Shown here: in pieces, positions 34,677 to 44,471 of the stretch
Layout of the letters: every line of letters starts with the position of its first letter
Numbering within the stretch: position 1 is the first letter of the stretch
NCBI GenBank assembly: GCA_963847445.1
Contig: CAWJZV010000046.1
Span: 384,001-448,000, forward strand
Source of the DNA: an uncultured delta proteobacterium
GTDB lineage: Bacteria; Desulfobacterota; Binatia; UBA9968
Direction of reading: 5' to 3'
Length of the DNA: 64,000 bases
Position numbers and translations under genes: made by a program
Notes under the pieces: generated by a model
The model's database searches: none
Told to the model about the DNA's origin: nothing
What the model saw: the letters and a program-made list of their open reading frames with translations, nothing else

Positions 34677-35921
34677 ATGGCAAAAGCGCTCGATGGAATT
34701 CGAATATTGGATATGACCCATGTGCAGTCGGGGCCGACTTGCACGCAGATACTCGCTTGGTTCGGCGCCGACGTGATCAAGGTCGAGCTGCCGGGGCGCG
34801 GCGACATCACCCGCGGCCAGCTGCGCGACAAGCCCAATGTCGACAGCCTTTATTTCACCATGCTCAACAGCAACAAGCGCAGCATCACGATCAACACCAA
34901 GCATGAAAAAGGCAAGGAAGTGTTTCGCAAGCTGATCAAGGCCTGCGACGTGATGGTCGAGAACTTCGCGCCCGGCGCGCTCGATCGCCAAGGTTTTACC
35001 TGGGAAGTGATTCACGAGCTCAACCCGCGCCTGATCTACGCTTCGGTCAAAGGTTTCGGCCCCGGCCCCTACGAAGATTGCAAAGTCTACGAAAACATCG
35101 CCCAGTGCACCGGCGGCTCGGCGAGCACCACGGGATTCGACGACGGCCCGCCGCTGGTCACCGGCTGCGCAGATCGGCGATTCGGGCACCGGCATTCATC
35201 TCGTCGCGGGAATTCTCGCGGCGCTGTTTCAGCGCGAGAAGAAGCGGCCAAGGCCAGCGCGTCACCTGCGCCATGCAAGACACCGTGCTCAATCTTTGCC
35301 GCGTCAAATTGCGCGATCAGCAGCGCTTGGCCGCTGGACCGCTGACGGAATATCCGCAGTATCCCAACGGCGTCTTCGGCGACGCCGTGCCGCGCGCGGG
35401 CAACGCTTCGGGCGGCGGGCAGCCGGGTTGGGCGGTGAAGACCAAGGGCGGCGGGCCCGAACGATTATATTTACGTGATCATTCAGCCGCCGGGCTGGGA
35501 GCCGTTGATGAAGCTGTGCGGCCGCCCTGAATTGATCACCGATCCCGAGTGGGCGACGCCGGAAAAACGTTTGCCCAAGCTCGACAAGTGCTTCGACATC
35601 GTCGAACAGTGGGCGATGACGTTCGACAAGTTGGCAGTCATGCGCGAGCTCAACAAGTTCGACATTCCCTGCGGGCCGATCTTGGACATGCGCGAGATCG
35701 CCGAAGAACAGTCGCTGCGCGAAACCGGCACGGTGGTCGAAGTCGATCATCCCAAGCGCGGCAAGTTTTTGACCGTCGGCAATCCGATCAAGCTTTCCGA
35801 TTCGCCGACGGATGTGACACCGTCGCCGCTGTTGGGCGAGCATACCGATGAGATTCTCAAATCCATCGTCGGCTGGAGCGACGCGGAGATCGCCGCGGCG
35901 CGCAAAGATGGCGCGGTCTGA
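34677..35921 (+). CDS. frc: Formyl-CoA transferase (CoA-transferase family III); frameshifted
   Basis: [45 protein letters not shown], (A)QIGDSGTG with the catalytic Asp, [24 protein letters not shown]. Confidence 0.92.
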
Positions 35922-36136
35922 CGAGCAAGAGGTTAACCACAGGGTGACGCAGAGATTACGTAGGGGGATTCGGGTCGGCAATTTAGTCGGCAGAGAACGC
36001 AAAGTGCGCAAAGAAATTGAGAATTGTAGGGGCGAGTTTAAACCCCGTCCTCTTGGTTTTCAGCGAAAGTTTACCCGGCCGAATAACTACTACCAGTATC
36101 GCAAAGCAGCGGAGGGATTGATGGACAAGAGAGGCT

Positions 36137-38245
36137 GTGCGTACCCTCATCGACTCAGTCCGGAAGTCCGGCCGGCGCGCTCTGAGCGCGCCTGAAGCCC
36201 AGCAGTTGTGCGATGCCTACGGCATTCCTACGCCGAAGCAGGCGCTGGCCAAGAGCGCGGCTGAGGCAGTCAAAATCGCCGCGCGTTTACGTTTCCCGGT
36301 TGTCCTCAAAATCGTCTCGGACGATATCCTCCATAAAACCGAAGCCGGCGGCGTGATCGTCGGTCTCAAGAGCGCCGGCGAAGTGCGCCGCGCTTTCGAT
36401 CGCCTCGTCAAAAGCGCCAAGGCTTATAAGAAAAACGCCGCGATCCAAGGGGTTCAGGTGCAGCAGATGCTTGGCGGCGGCCGCGAGGTGATGGTCGGTG
36501 CGGTGACCGATCCATCGTTCGGCAAGTTGGTCGCCTTCGGCTTAGGCGGCGTCCTCGTCGAAGTGATGAAGGACATCACGTTTCGACTGGCACCGGTGAG
36601 CAAGAAAGACGCGCTGTCGATGCTCGACGGCGTCAGCGGCGCGGAAATTCTCCGCGGCGTGCGCGGCGCTAAAGGCGTCGATCGCGCGCGCTGGCCGACA
36701 TCTTGCAAAAAGTTTCGCAGCTGGTCAACGACTTTCCCGAAATCCTCGAAGTCGATTTGAATCCGATCTTTGCCACCGACAAAGGGCGCGCACGGCGGTG
36801 GACGTGCGCATCGTCGTCGGCGAGCCGTTGCCGCAACGCCAACGATTTAGTCAGCCCGACATCTTGAGCGCCATGCAGCGGATCATGAATCCGCGCGCGG
36901 TCGCGGTGATCGGCGCGTCGGCGGAGGACGGCAAGATCGGCAACTCGGTGATGAAGAATCTCATCAACGGCGGCTACGCCGGCAAGATTTATCCGATTCA
37001 TCCGAAGGCCGATGAAATCCTCGGGCGCAAGGCGTATGCGAGCGTGCTCAACGTGCCGGAGGAAATCGACGTTGCGGTGTTCGCGATCCCGGCGAAATTT
37101 TGTGCCGGCGCGATGGAGGAAGTGGGGCGAAAACAAATTCGCCGGCGCGGTGATGATTCCCTCCGGTTTCGCCGAGGTCGGCGAGCAGGGGTTGCAGGAC
37201 GAATTGCTCGCCGTCGCCCAGCGCCACAACGTGCGCATTATGGGGCCGAATATCTATGGATTCTACTACACGCCGCAAAATCTTTGCGCGACTTTCTGCA
37301 CGCCCTACGATGTCAAAGGCAAGGTGGCGCTTGAGCTCGCAGTCCGGCGGCGTCGGCATGTCGATCGTCGGCTTCTCGCGCACCACGCGCATGGGCGTGT
37401 CGGCGATCGTCGGACTGGGCAACAAATCGGATCTCGACGAAGACGATCTGCTGACCTACTTCGAGCAGGACGACAACACCCAGGTGATCGCCATGCACTG
37501 CGAAGATCTGAAAGACGGCCGGTCGTTCGCCCAAGTGGCGAGCCGGGTGTCGAAGAAGAAGCCGGTGGTCATGCTCAAGGCCGGCCGCACCGCTCTCGGC
37601 GCGCGTGCCGCCGCCTCGCACACCGGCGCGCTGGCCGGCAACGATAAAATTTACGACGACGTGCTGCGCCAGTGCGGCGTGATTCGCGCCAAGAGTTTAA
37701 ATGACTTGTTGCAGTTCGCCCGCGGCCTGCAGGTGCTGCCGACGCCAAAGGGCGAAAATATTATTATCATCACCGGCGCCGGCGGTTCGGGAGTTTTGCT
37801 TTCGGACGCTTGCGTCGACAACGGCCTGTCATTGATGAAGATGCCGCCGGACCTCGACGCCGGGTTTCGCAAATTTATCCCGCCCTTCGGCGCCGCCGGC
37901 AATCCGGTGGACATCACCGGCGGCGAACCGCCGACCACTTACGCCAACACGATTCGCTACGCCCTCGCCGAGCCGCGCATTCATGCGCTGATCTTGGGCT
38001 ACTGGCACACGATCATCACGCCGCCGATGGTGTTCGCCAAACTCTGCGCCGAAGTGGTCGAGGAGGCGCGCGCCAAGGGGATCGACAAGCCGGTGGTGGC
38101 TTCGCTGGTCGGCGATGTCGAGGTCGAACAAGCCTGCGACTATCTCTACGAGCGCGGCATCGTCGCTTATCCGTACACGACGGAACTGCCGGTCGCCGTG
38201 CTCGGCGCCAAGTACAAATGGGCGCGCGGCGCGGGTGTGCTTTAA
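36137..38245 (+). CDS. ADP-forming acyl-CoA synthetase (acetate-CoA ligase family), ATP-grasp domain first; frameshifted
   Basis: PVVLKIVSDDILHKTEAGGV, DPSFGKLVAFGLGG, VAVIGAS, GPNIYG, SQSGG, GLGNKSD, AAASHTGALAG, NPVDITG. Confidence 0.88.
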
Positions 38246-38455
38246 TCGCAGAGCTGGCTTATCCCACGCGCCAATTTCAATTAAGCATAAGACACTGTCG
38301 AGCCGTCTCGCCGTTAACTGTCTGTTAACTGACCTGAGCCCATTTCTAACCAGACTGCACGCTTCCCAAAGCCTCGGCTGATGGAGTAATACTCAGGGTG
38401 ACTTTCGCACACTTGGGCTATTGCGAAGTTGTGAAGTCAAAGAACGGAGACACCC

Positions 38456-39556
38456 ATGGCAGAACAAACCCTAACCGCGGTGGTGACCGACAAACGCAAG
38501 ATCGAGATGCGTTACTTTCCGGTGCCTAAGCCGTCTTCGGACGATGCCATCTTGAAGGTCGAGCTGTGCGGTATCTGCGGCAGCGATTATCATTACTACG
38601 TCGAGGGCCACCATTGGCCGTACCAGCCGCCGCCGCAGATTCTCGGTCATGAGGTGGTCGGGCGCATCAGCGATATTTCTAGCGAGGCCGCCAAACATTG
38701 GAAGGTGAAAGAAGGCGATCTGGTCATTGTCGAGTCGGCGGTCACTTGCCACCGCTGCCGCTATTGCACCACCGGCAATTCTTCGCTGTGCTCGACCAAA
38801 CGGAGCTACGGCATGAGCGCGAGCATGAACGAGCCGCCGTACTTATGGGGCGGCTATTCGCAGTACATGTATCTTCATCCCGATGCGATTCTTCACGTCG
38901 TGCCGGCCGGAGTTTCTGAGCATGAGGCGGTGCTGTTCAGTGGGCTGGCCAACGGCGTCAAGTGGGCGCAGCGGATTCCGGCGTTGAGCCTCGGCGATGC
39001 CATCGTCATTCTCGGTCCGGGCCAGCAGGGTTTGGGATGCGTGCTGGCGAGTTCGATGACCGGCGCCAATCCGATCATCGTCGCCGGCCTGGAGCGTGAC
39101 GCCAAGCGCTTGGAAATTGCCAAAACATTGGGTGCCACGCATACGATCTTTTCCGACCAAGCGCCGCTGCTGGAACAGATTCGAAACATTACCGGCCCAG
39201 AGCTGGCCGATGTGGTGGTCGATGTCACCGGCAGCACCGCCGCTCAGGAAGTCGCCGTCGATCTGGTCCGGCGCGGCGGCACGGTAGTGCTCGCCGGACG
39301 GACGCCGAAAAAAACCATTCCCTTCGTCATGGACAAACTCACCAGCCGCGGCATCAAAATGATCGGCGTGCGCGCCCACGACTCGGAAGACGTGCGCAAG
39401 GCGGTGGCGGTCATCAGCGCGCGCCGGCATCAGCTGGCCAATCTGCTCACCCATGAAGTGTCGCTTAAAGAGGCCGATCTTGCCTTGCGGCTGATCGGCC
39501 AGGAAGTTCCGGGCGAGGAAGCGATTCACGTCGCGATCAATCCATGGCGTGACTGA
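38456..39556 (+). CDS. Zinc-binding medium-chain dehydrogenase (paralog 1)
   Basis: CGICGSD, GHEVVG, CHRCRYC..C, GPGQQG. Confidence 0.9.
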   Translation: MAEQTLTAVVTDKRKIEMRYFPVPKPSSDDAILKVELCGICGSDYHYYVEGHHWPYQPPPQILGHEVVGRISDISSEAAKHWKVKEGDLVIVESAVTCHRCRYCTTGNSSLCSTKRSYGMSASMNEPPYLWGGYSQYMYLHPDAILHVVPAGVSEHEAVLFSGLANGVKWAQRIPALSLGDAIVILGPGQQGLGCVLASSMTGANPIIVAGLERDAKRLEIAKTLGATHTIFSDQAPLLEQIRNITGPELADVVVDVTGSTAAQEVAVDLVRRGGTVVLAGRTPKKTIPFVMDKLTSRGIKMIGVRAHDSEDVRKAVAVISARRHQLANLLTHEVSLKEADLALRLIGQEVPGEEAIHVAINPWRD

Positions 39557-39602
39557 GTCCGGATGACCGCCATCGCTACATAACCCAACCAAGGAGTTCA
39601 CA

Positions 39603-40703
39603 ATGGATAAGAAATCTCTCGCTGCCGTCATCGTCGACAAACGGCGCATGGAGATGCGCGAGTTCGCCGTGCCCGACCCCGGCGCCGATGACGCGGTTCT
39701 GAGAGTGGAAGCCTGCGGCATCTGCGGCAGCGATTATCACTACTACAAGGAACTCGATCACTGGCCCTATCTGCAGCCGCCGCATATCATGGGCCACGAA
39801 GTAGTCGGCCGCATCGGCGCCATCGGCCGCGACGCCAGCCGGCAGTGGAAACTCAAAGAGGGCGATCTGGTCGCCGTCGAAGCGCCGGTGACCTGCCAGC
39901 GCTGCCGCTATTGTCTCACCGGCAACGCGACGTTGTGCGCCGACAAGCGCAGCTACGGCATCAGCGCCAGCATGGCCGATCCGCCGCACCTATGGGGCGG
40001 CTACGCGCAGTACATGTATCTCCATCCCAATTCGATTCTGCACCCGGTGCCCGCCGGCGTGACGCCGCAGGCGGCGGTGCTCTACACCTGCGTGTCGAAC
40101 GGTTTGAAATGGGCGCAGCGCGTGCCGGCGCTCAGCCCCGGCGACTCCATCGTCATTCTCGGCCCCGGCCAGCAAGGTCTCGGCTGTGTCTTGGCCGCGG
40201 CGATGGCCGGCGCGGCACCGATCGTTGTCGCCGGTCTGGAAGCGGATGCGCAGCGGCTCGCCGTGGCCAAAGAGTTGGGAGCGACACACTTGATCTATTC
40301 CGAGCGTGGGCCGCTCGCCGAGCAGGTAAAAAATATTCTCGGTTCCGAGATGGCGGATGTGGTCGTCGACGTCACCGGCAGTGTGTCGGCCCAACAAGCA
40401 ACCGTCGATCTGGTTCGTCGCGGCGGCACGATCGTATTGGCCGGCCGCACACCCAATCAATCCGTGCAGTTCGAAATGGACAAAGTCGCCAGCCGCGGCA
40501 TAACCATGATCGGCGTGCGCGGCCATGAGTCCGACGACATCCGGCGCGCCCTGAGCGTCATCGCCGCGCGGCCCGACGCCGCAGCGCGACTGACGACTCA
40601 TGAAGTGCCATTGAAAGACGCCGATTATGCGCTCCGGCTGATCGGCCAGGAAGTGCCCGGCGAGAATGCGATTCATGTTTCGCTCAATCCGTGGATGTCG
40701 TAA
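39603..40703 (+). CDS. Zinc-binding medium-chain dehydrogenase (paralog 2)
   Basis: Same motifs and same length (366 aa) as the upstream gene. Confidence 0.9.
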   Translation: MDKKSLAAVIVDKRRMEMREFAVPDPGADDAVLRVEACGICGSDYHYYKELDHWPYLQPPHIMGHEVVGRIGAIGRDASRQWKLKEGDLVAVEAPVTCQRCRYCLTGNATLCADKRSYGISASMADPPHLWGGYAQYMYLHPNSILHPVPAGVTPQAAVLYTCVSNGLKWAQRVPALSPGDSIVILGPGQQGLGCVLAAAMAGAAPIVVAGLEADAQRLAVAKELGATHLIYSERGPLAEQVKNILGSEMADVVVDVTGSVSAQQATVDLVRRGGTIVLAGRTPNQSVQFEMDKVASRGITMIGVRGHESDDIRRALSVIAARPDAAARLTTHEVPLKDADYALRLIGQEVPGENAIHVSLNPWMS

Positions 40704-40893
40704 GTGTCAGGACTCAGCAATTTGCAAATCGCGGGAATCCAGGTTCTGACGCTTCCACCTCACCGCAGCTTGGACCAGCGGTCCAAAATTGATGGTGATA
40801 GTGTTCAAAGCGAAAGAAGGATGGACGTTAATTCTCCGAGCGCCGCCTGATCCCAAATGACAGGTGCCGCGCGAGTAACAATTTGCACATAAA

Positions 40894-41553
40894 ATGGAGG
40901 CGATCTTGAAAACCAGCGTCAAAAAAGTCGATGTGCCGGCGGAGCACTATGATCGATTATTTATTCCGGTCGCCTGCGTCGTGTCGATCACCACTGTAGA
41001 TACGGCCGGTCGGGTCAACGGCGCATCGTTTGCGACCTGCGTGAGAGTGCATCATGAGCCCACCTGCATCGCGTTCTGCGTCGACTCGCATAAGGACACT
41101 TACAAAAACGTGCTCGCGACCAAGCAGTTTGTCGTCAACATACCGTCTTTCGATCGGGAGATTTTGGAAAAAGTCCGGACTCTGGGATTGCCCTTCGCGC
41201 CTGGTGTGAACGAGCTGGAAAAAGCCGGGCTGACGGCGCTGCCGTCGAAGGTGGTCAAGCCGCCGCGCATCGCCGAGTACAAAAGTCATTTCGAATGCCA
41301 GGTCGAATGGACCAAGGAATGGTTTGGCACGCGGCTCATGGTGGTCGGCCGAGTGGTCGCTGCGTCGGTCGATGAAGACTGTATCGATGAAAAAGGCTGG
41401 GCGATTCTCGACAAGCTGCGGCCGGCGCACTACTGTGGCCAGGCCTACTCGGGGGACAATAAATACCGCTTCGTCGCGTCCTATGAAATGATGGAGATCG
41501 ACACCGTCTATGATGGCCCCGAAGCGAGCGGCAAAGACACGCGCAAACCATAG
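40894..41553 (+). CDS. Flavin reductase-like family protein
   Basis: ITTVDTAGRVNGASF, KDTYKNVLATKQFVVNIP, GVNELEKAGLT, VKPPRIAE...FEC. Confidence 0.85.
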   Translation: MEAILKTSVKKVDVPAEHYDRLFIPVACVVSITTVDTAGRVNGASFATCVRVHHEPTCIAFCVDSHKDTYKNVLATKQFVVNIPSFDREILEKVRTLGLPFAPGVNELEKAGLTALPSKVVKPPRIAEYKSHFECQVEWTKEWFGTRLMVVGRVVAASVDEDCIDEKGWAILDKLRPAHYCGQAYSGDNKYRFVASYEMMEIDTVYDGPEASGKDTRKP

Positions 41554-41559
41554 GAGAGA

Positions 41560-41730
41560 TGACGTCGTGAAGCCCCGGTATTCTCTTTCACTGTATCGAT
41601 CGCTTGGCCTGTCCGCGGAGCTCTGGCTCGGTCGGCTTACGTGAAGAGCTGCAATCGTTAGCTGACCGCCTGATGGTGCAGCCCGCCGAGGTGGTCAATC
41701 AGGTCAAGAAGATTTTGCGCCGAAATAAGC
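41560..41730 (+). pseudogene. Short remnant resembling the C-terminus of a TctC-like substrate-binding protein
   Basis: 'EELQSLADRLMVQPAEVVNQVKKIL' directly after an RBS/start-like segment; the body is missing. Family assignment from memory only. Confidence 0.35.
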
Positions 41731-41830
41731 GAGGTGATGAGAGCATGCGCTGCTGGTTCGGTTGCCATCTAGGTATCAGCGAGAGGCTTTGCTACTTTAC
41801 CGGTGAATGCATCAAAGTTGGAGGCTCTCC

Positions 41831-42212
41831 ATGCCAACTGTCCGGTACCTAACGATCTTGTTCGCCTTGTTTCTCTCAATGCCGGCGGCGGCGCAGATAC
41901 AGTATCAATTTCAGGACCAGCCCCGGCCTGAAGCCGACGTGGTCGTGGTAAACCATACGCTTCAAGTGCGCGGCTCGGCTGACGTTGTGGATGGTCGGCC
42001 GCGTGTTCAATCGCGGGCTCAAACCGGCGCGTAACGTCCGCGTAGTGCCGCTGCTGACGAACCTTTACGGCTCCCGGTTGCCAACCAATACCATCTATCT
42101 CAACCCGTCGGACGTGCTGCCGACGAGCTTCGCAAACTTTGAGGCGCGCGTGGGATCGTCGATGGATGTTCGCGATGTGATTTCGCATGCAACGGCCGAG
42201 TGGGATCCATGA
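41831..42212 (+). CDS. Small exported protein (FxLYD-like Ig-type domain); frameshifted
   Basis: Signal peptide; 'MVGRVFNRGLKPARNVRVV...LYG...LNPSDVLPTSFANFEA'. Confidence 0.5.
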
Positions 42213-42362
42213 TCGGATTGAGAACACAATCGGCAAATTGTCAATGGTTGAGGCGGACAACCTGACCCCGGCAATTGGCGGTGCGGAATACAGCGCAGAT
42301 CGCCGCAATCCAGCACGACAATTCATGCGCAGGATCTACACGGACCATGCCCGCCTCGATCG

Positions 42363-42680
42363 TTATAACGCTTCGGCGTGTAAACGAACGCCAAGGGCCT
42401 TGGCAACTCTCAGGACTGTGGCAAAGCTTGGATTACCTTTATTGCTCAGCGCCTTGTATAAGCTTTCGCGACTAAGGCCCGCATCGCGTGCCACACTCGA
42501 CATTCCTTTGGCACGAGCGATATCGCCGAGCGCTCTAGCGATACCGGCCGGGTCATCTGGCGCTTCGTTCAGCCACGCGTCGAGATACGCAGCCCTTTCA
42601 TCCGGTGTGCGCAGCTGTGCTGCTACATCATAAGGCACAGTCTTTGTTTTTCCGGTGGATTTAGATAACTTTTTGCGCAT
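42363..42680 (-). CDS. Addiction-module antidote protein (HI1420-like HTH antitoxin)
   Basis: YDVAAQL, ARALGDIARAKGMSSVARDAGLSRESLYKALS..GNPSFATVLRV. Confidence 0.9.
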   Translation of the reverse strand: MRKKLSKSTGKTKTVPYDVAAQLRTPDERAAYLDAWLNEAPDDPAGIARALGDIARAKGMSSVARDAGLSRESLYKALSNKGNPSFATVLRVAKALGVRLHAEAL

Positions 42681-42690
42681 GATTGTTCTC

Positions 42691-42978
42691 CTACAGATTT
42701 TGCGCCAGCGAAATGGCTTTTTGTATGTCTCGCTGTTGAGTTGATTTGTCCCCACCTGCTAGCAGAATGATGATTTCGTCTCCGCGTTCCATGTAGTAGA
42801 CCCGATACCCGGGACCAAAATCGATCTTAAGCTCGCAGACACCTTCGGTGAGCCGCCGATATTGCCCGGGGTTTCCGTGCACGAGTCGATCGACCCGCAC
42901 CTGAATGCGCGCGCGGCCTGTACGGTCTTTGAGAGAGTTGATCCAGTCCCGATAGACCTCGGTCATCCCCACTCGCAT
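42691..42978 (-). CDS. RelE/ParE-family toxin (HI1419-like), toxin-first TA pair
   Basis: WINSLKD, ARIQVRVDRL, GVCELKIDFGPGYRVYY, LLAGGDKSTQQRDI. Confidence 0.9.
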   Translation of the reverse strand: MRVGMTEVYRDWINSLKDRTGRARIQVRVDRLVHGNPGQYRRLTEGVCELKIDFGPGYRVYYMERGDEIIILLAGGDKSTQQRDIQKAISLAQNL

Positions 42979-43152
42979 AGTTGCATTGTAACCTATAGGC
43001 TACATGCGTCAAGGGAGAAGTTGTTGATTCTAGGGAGAAGACCGCGATCACAGTCAGGAACTCTGTGCTAGCTCGATGAAATCCAGGAAGGGTTCAGCGT
43101 TTGCCATTGCGGTTGCCGATTACGTGGAATCGGCTGGTTACTCTGTGACATT

Positions 43153-44458
43153 TTACTGTTTGATATCTCGCGGCGCGGTCTTTTTTAGCAACAAGGCGAG
43201 AAGCTCGAGGCGCTCCTTAGAAAGATTCTTGAGCGCGGATGACGAACCATCGCTCTCGCGGGCATACGCCTCTTGCTTCACCGCAGGCACAGCAGCCAGA
43301 TTTTCCAGATATTCCTCAACCGGCGCGATCGAAAGCTTCGAAACGTAATTCTCTGCGGCCTCCCGGGAGGCTGTGGATAGCTCGTCATAATGCTGCCGAT
43401 CAGAGAGAAGTCGCTTCAACGCGTCGAGCCAAGGCCGAATATCTTGATCGGGGACGAACGGGACTGGAAGCATCTGGTCATCTCGGCGCGTCTGGTAGCG
43501 CGCGATGGGCTCAACCGGCAAGAGATAGTCCACGCCTAGTTTTGCTTCGGGTAGGCCGCCAAGATTGCTAGCCAAGACCGGGATTCCTCTGAGCATCGAC
43601 TCGACGACGATCTTGCCAAAGGCTTCCCCCCACAGCGATGGCACCAGCATAATGCGGGTCCGGGCGAAAATCTGATCTATATCCTCGGTCGGCTGAAGCA
43701 GCTCCACATTAGGAAATTGTTTTAGGGCAACCCGGTCTGCAGCGGTAGTGGCCCAAGTCGGCACTGCGGCAAACCTTTCCGCAGGTAAAGCGCGCGCCAG
43801 CTCTAAAAAAATGGCAATGCCTTTGATCGCCGACGGGTTGACCATCGTAATGAAGGCGTTATCCAATGATCCGGAGTGGGGCCACGGTGGGCTCCCGTAA
43901 GCCGGCAAGGAAATGGCGACCGAGTCCAGGCCGCCCCATTTATAAATATAACTCTTCAGGTAATTGCTGACCGCTATGATTCCAGCCGTCCGCTGTAGCA
44001 TTTGTGTCCTTCAACGGATCCGGCGAAAAACACTCGGGACCGAAAGGCAGAGTCGCCTGGCTGTGCGATAGATAAACAACACGTCCCGGCATGCTCTCCA
44101 GGGCAGCCGCCAGGGCAAGATAACTAGGATCCTCGGATATCAAAATCCAATCCGGCGAAAACTCTCCGACCTGCTTCAGAAGCTGGCCGCAAAATTGACT
44201 GGTGTCGGCGAGTTGGTGAACCTGAACGCCCTGGAGATCAAATCTCTCGGTGCAAGGCGAGAATCCCGCTTCGGTCGGATTCAATGACTCGTTGCGCGAT
44301 CCGCGGCGCGACGCGAAATGCGTTGCGGTGTGCGCCAACGCGAGGACTCTGCACAGGTGGCCTCTTCGGCTAAGATATTGCAGCAGCTCGCGGTTTGATT
44401 TTGCCGCCCCGGTCCAGCTCGGCGAATACGATAATTTCTGCGCCAGAAATATTTTCAC
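43153..44458 (-). CDS. GT4 (GT-B) glycosyltransferase; frameshift near 44005
   Basis: ORFs 43940-44458 and 43153-44001. LSRRGH, IAVSNY, NPSAIKG, LVPSLWGEAFGKIVVESMLRGIPVLASNLGGLPE. Confidence 0.88.
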
Positions 44459-44471
44459 GAAATCGCCAAAC

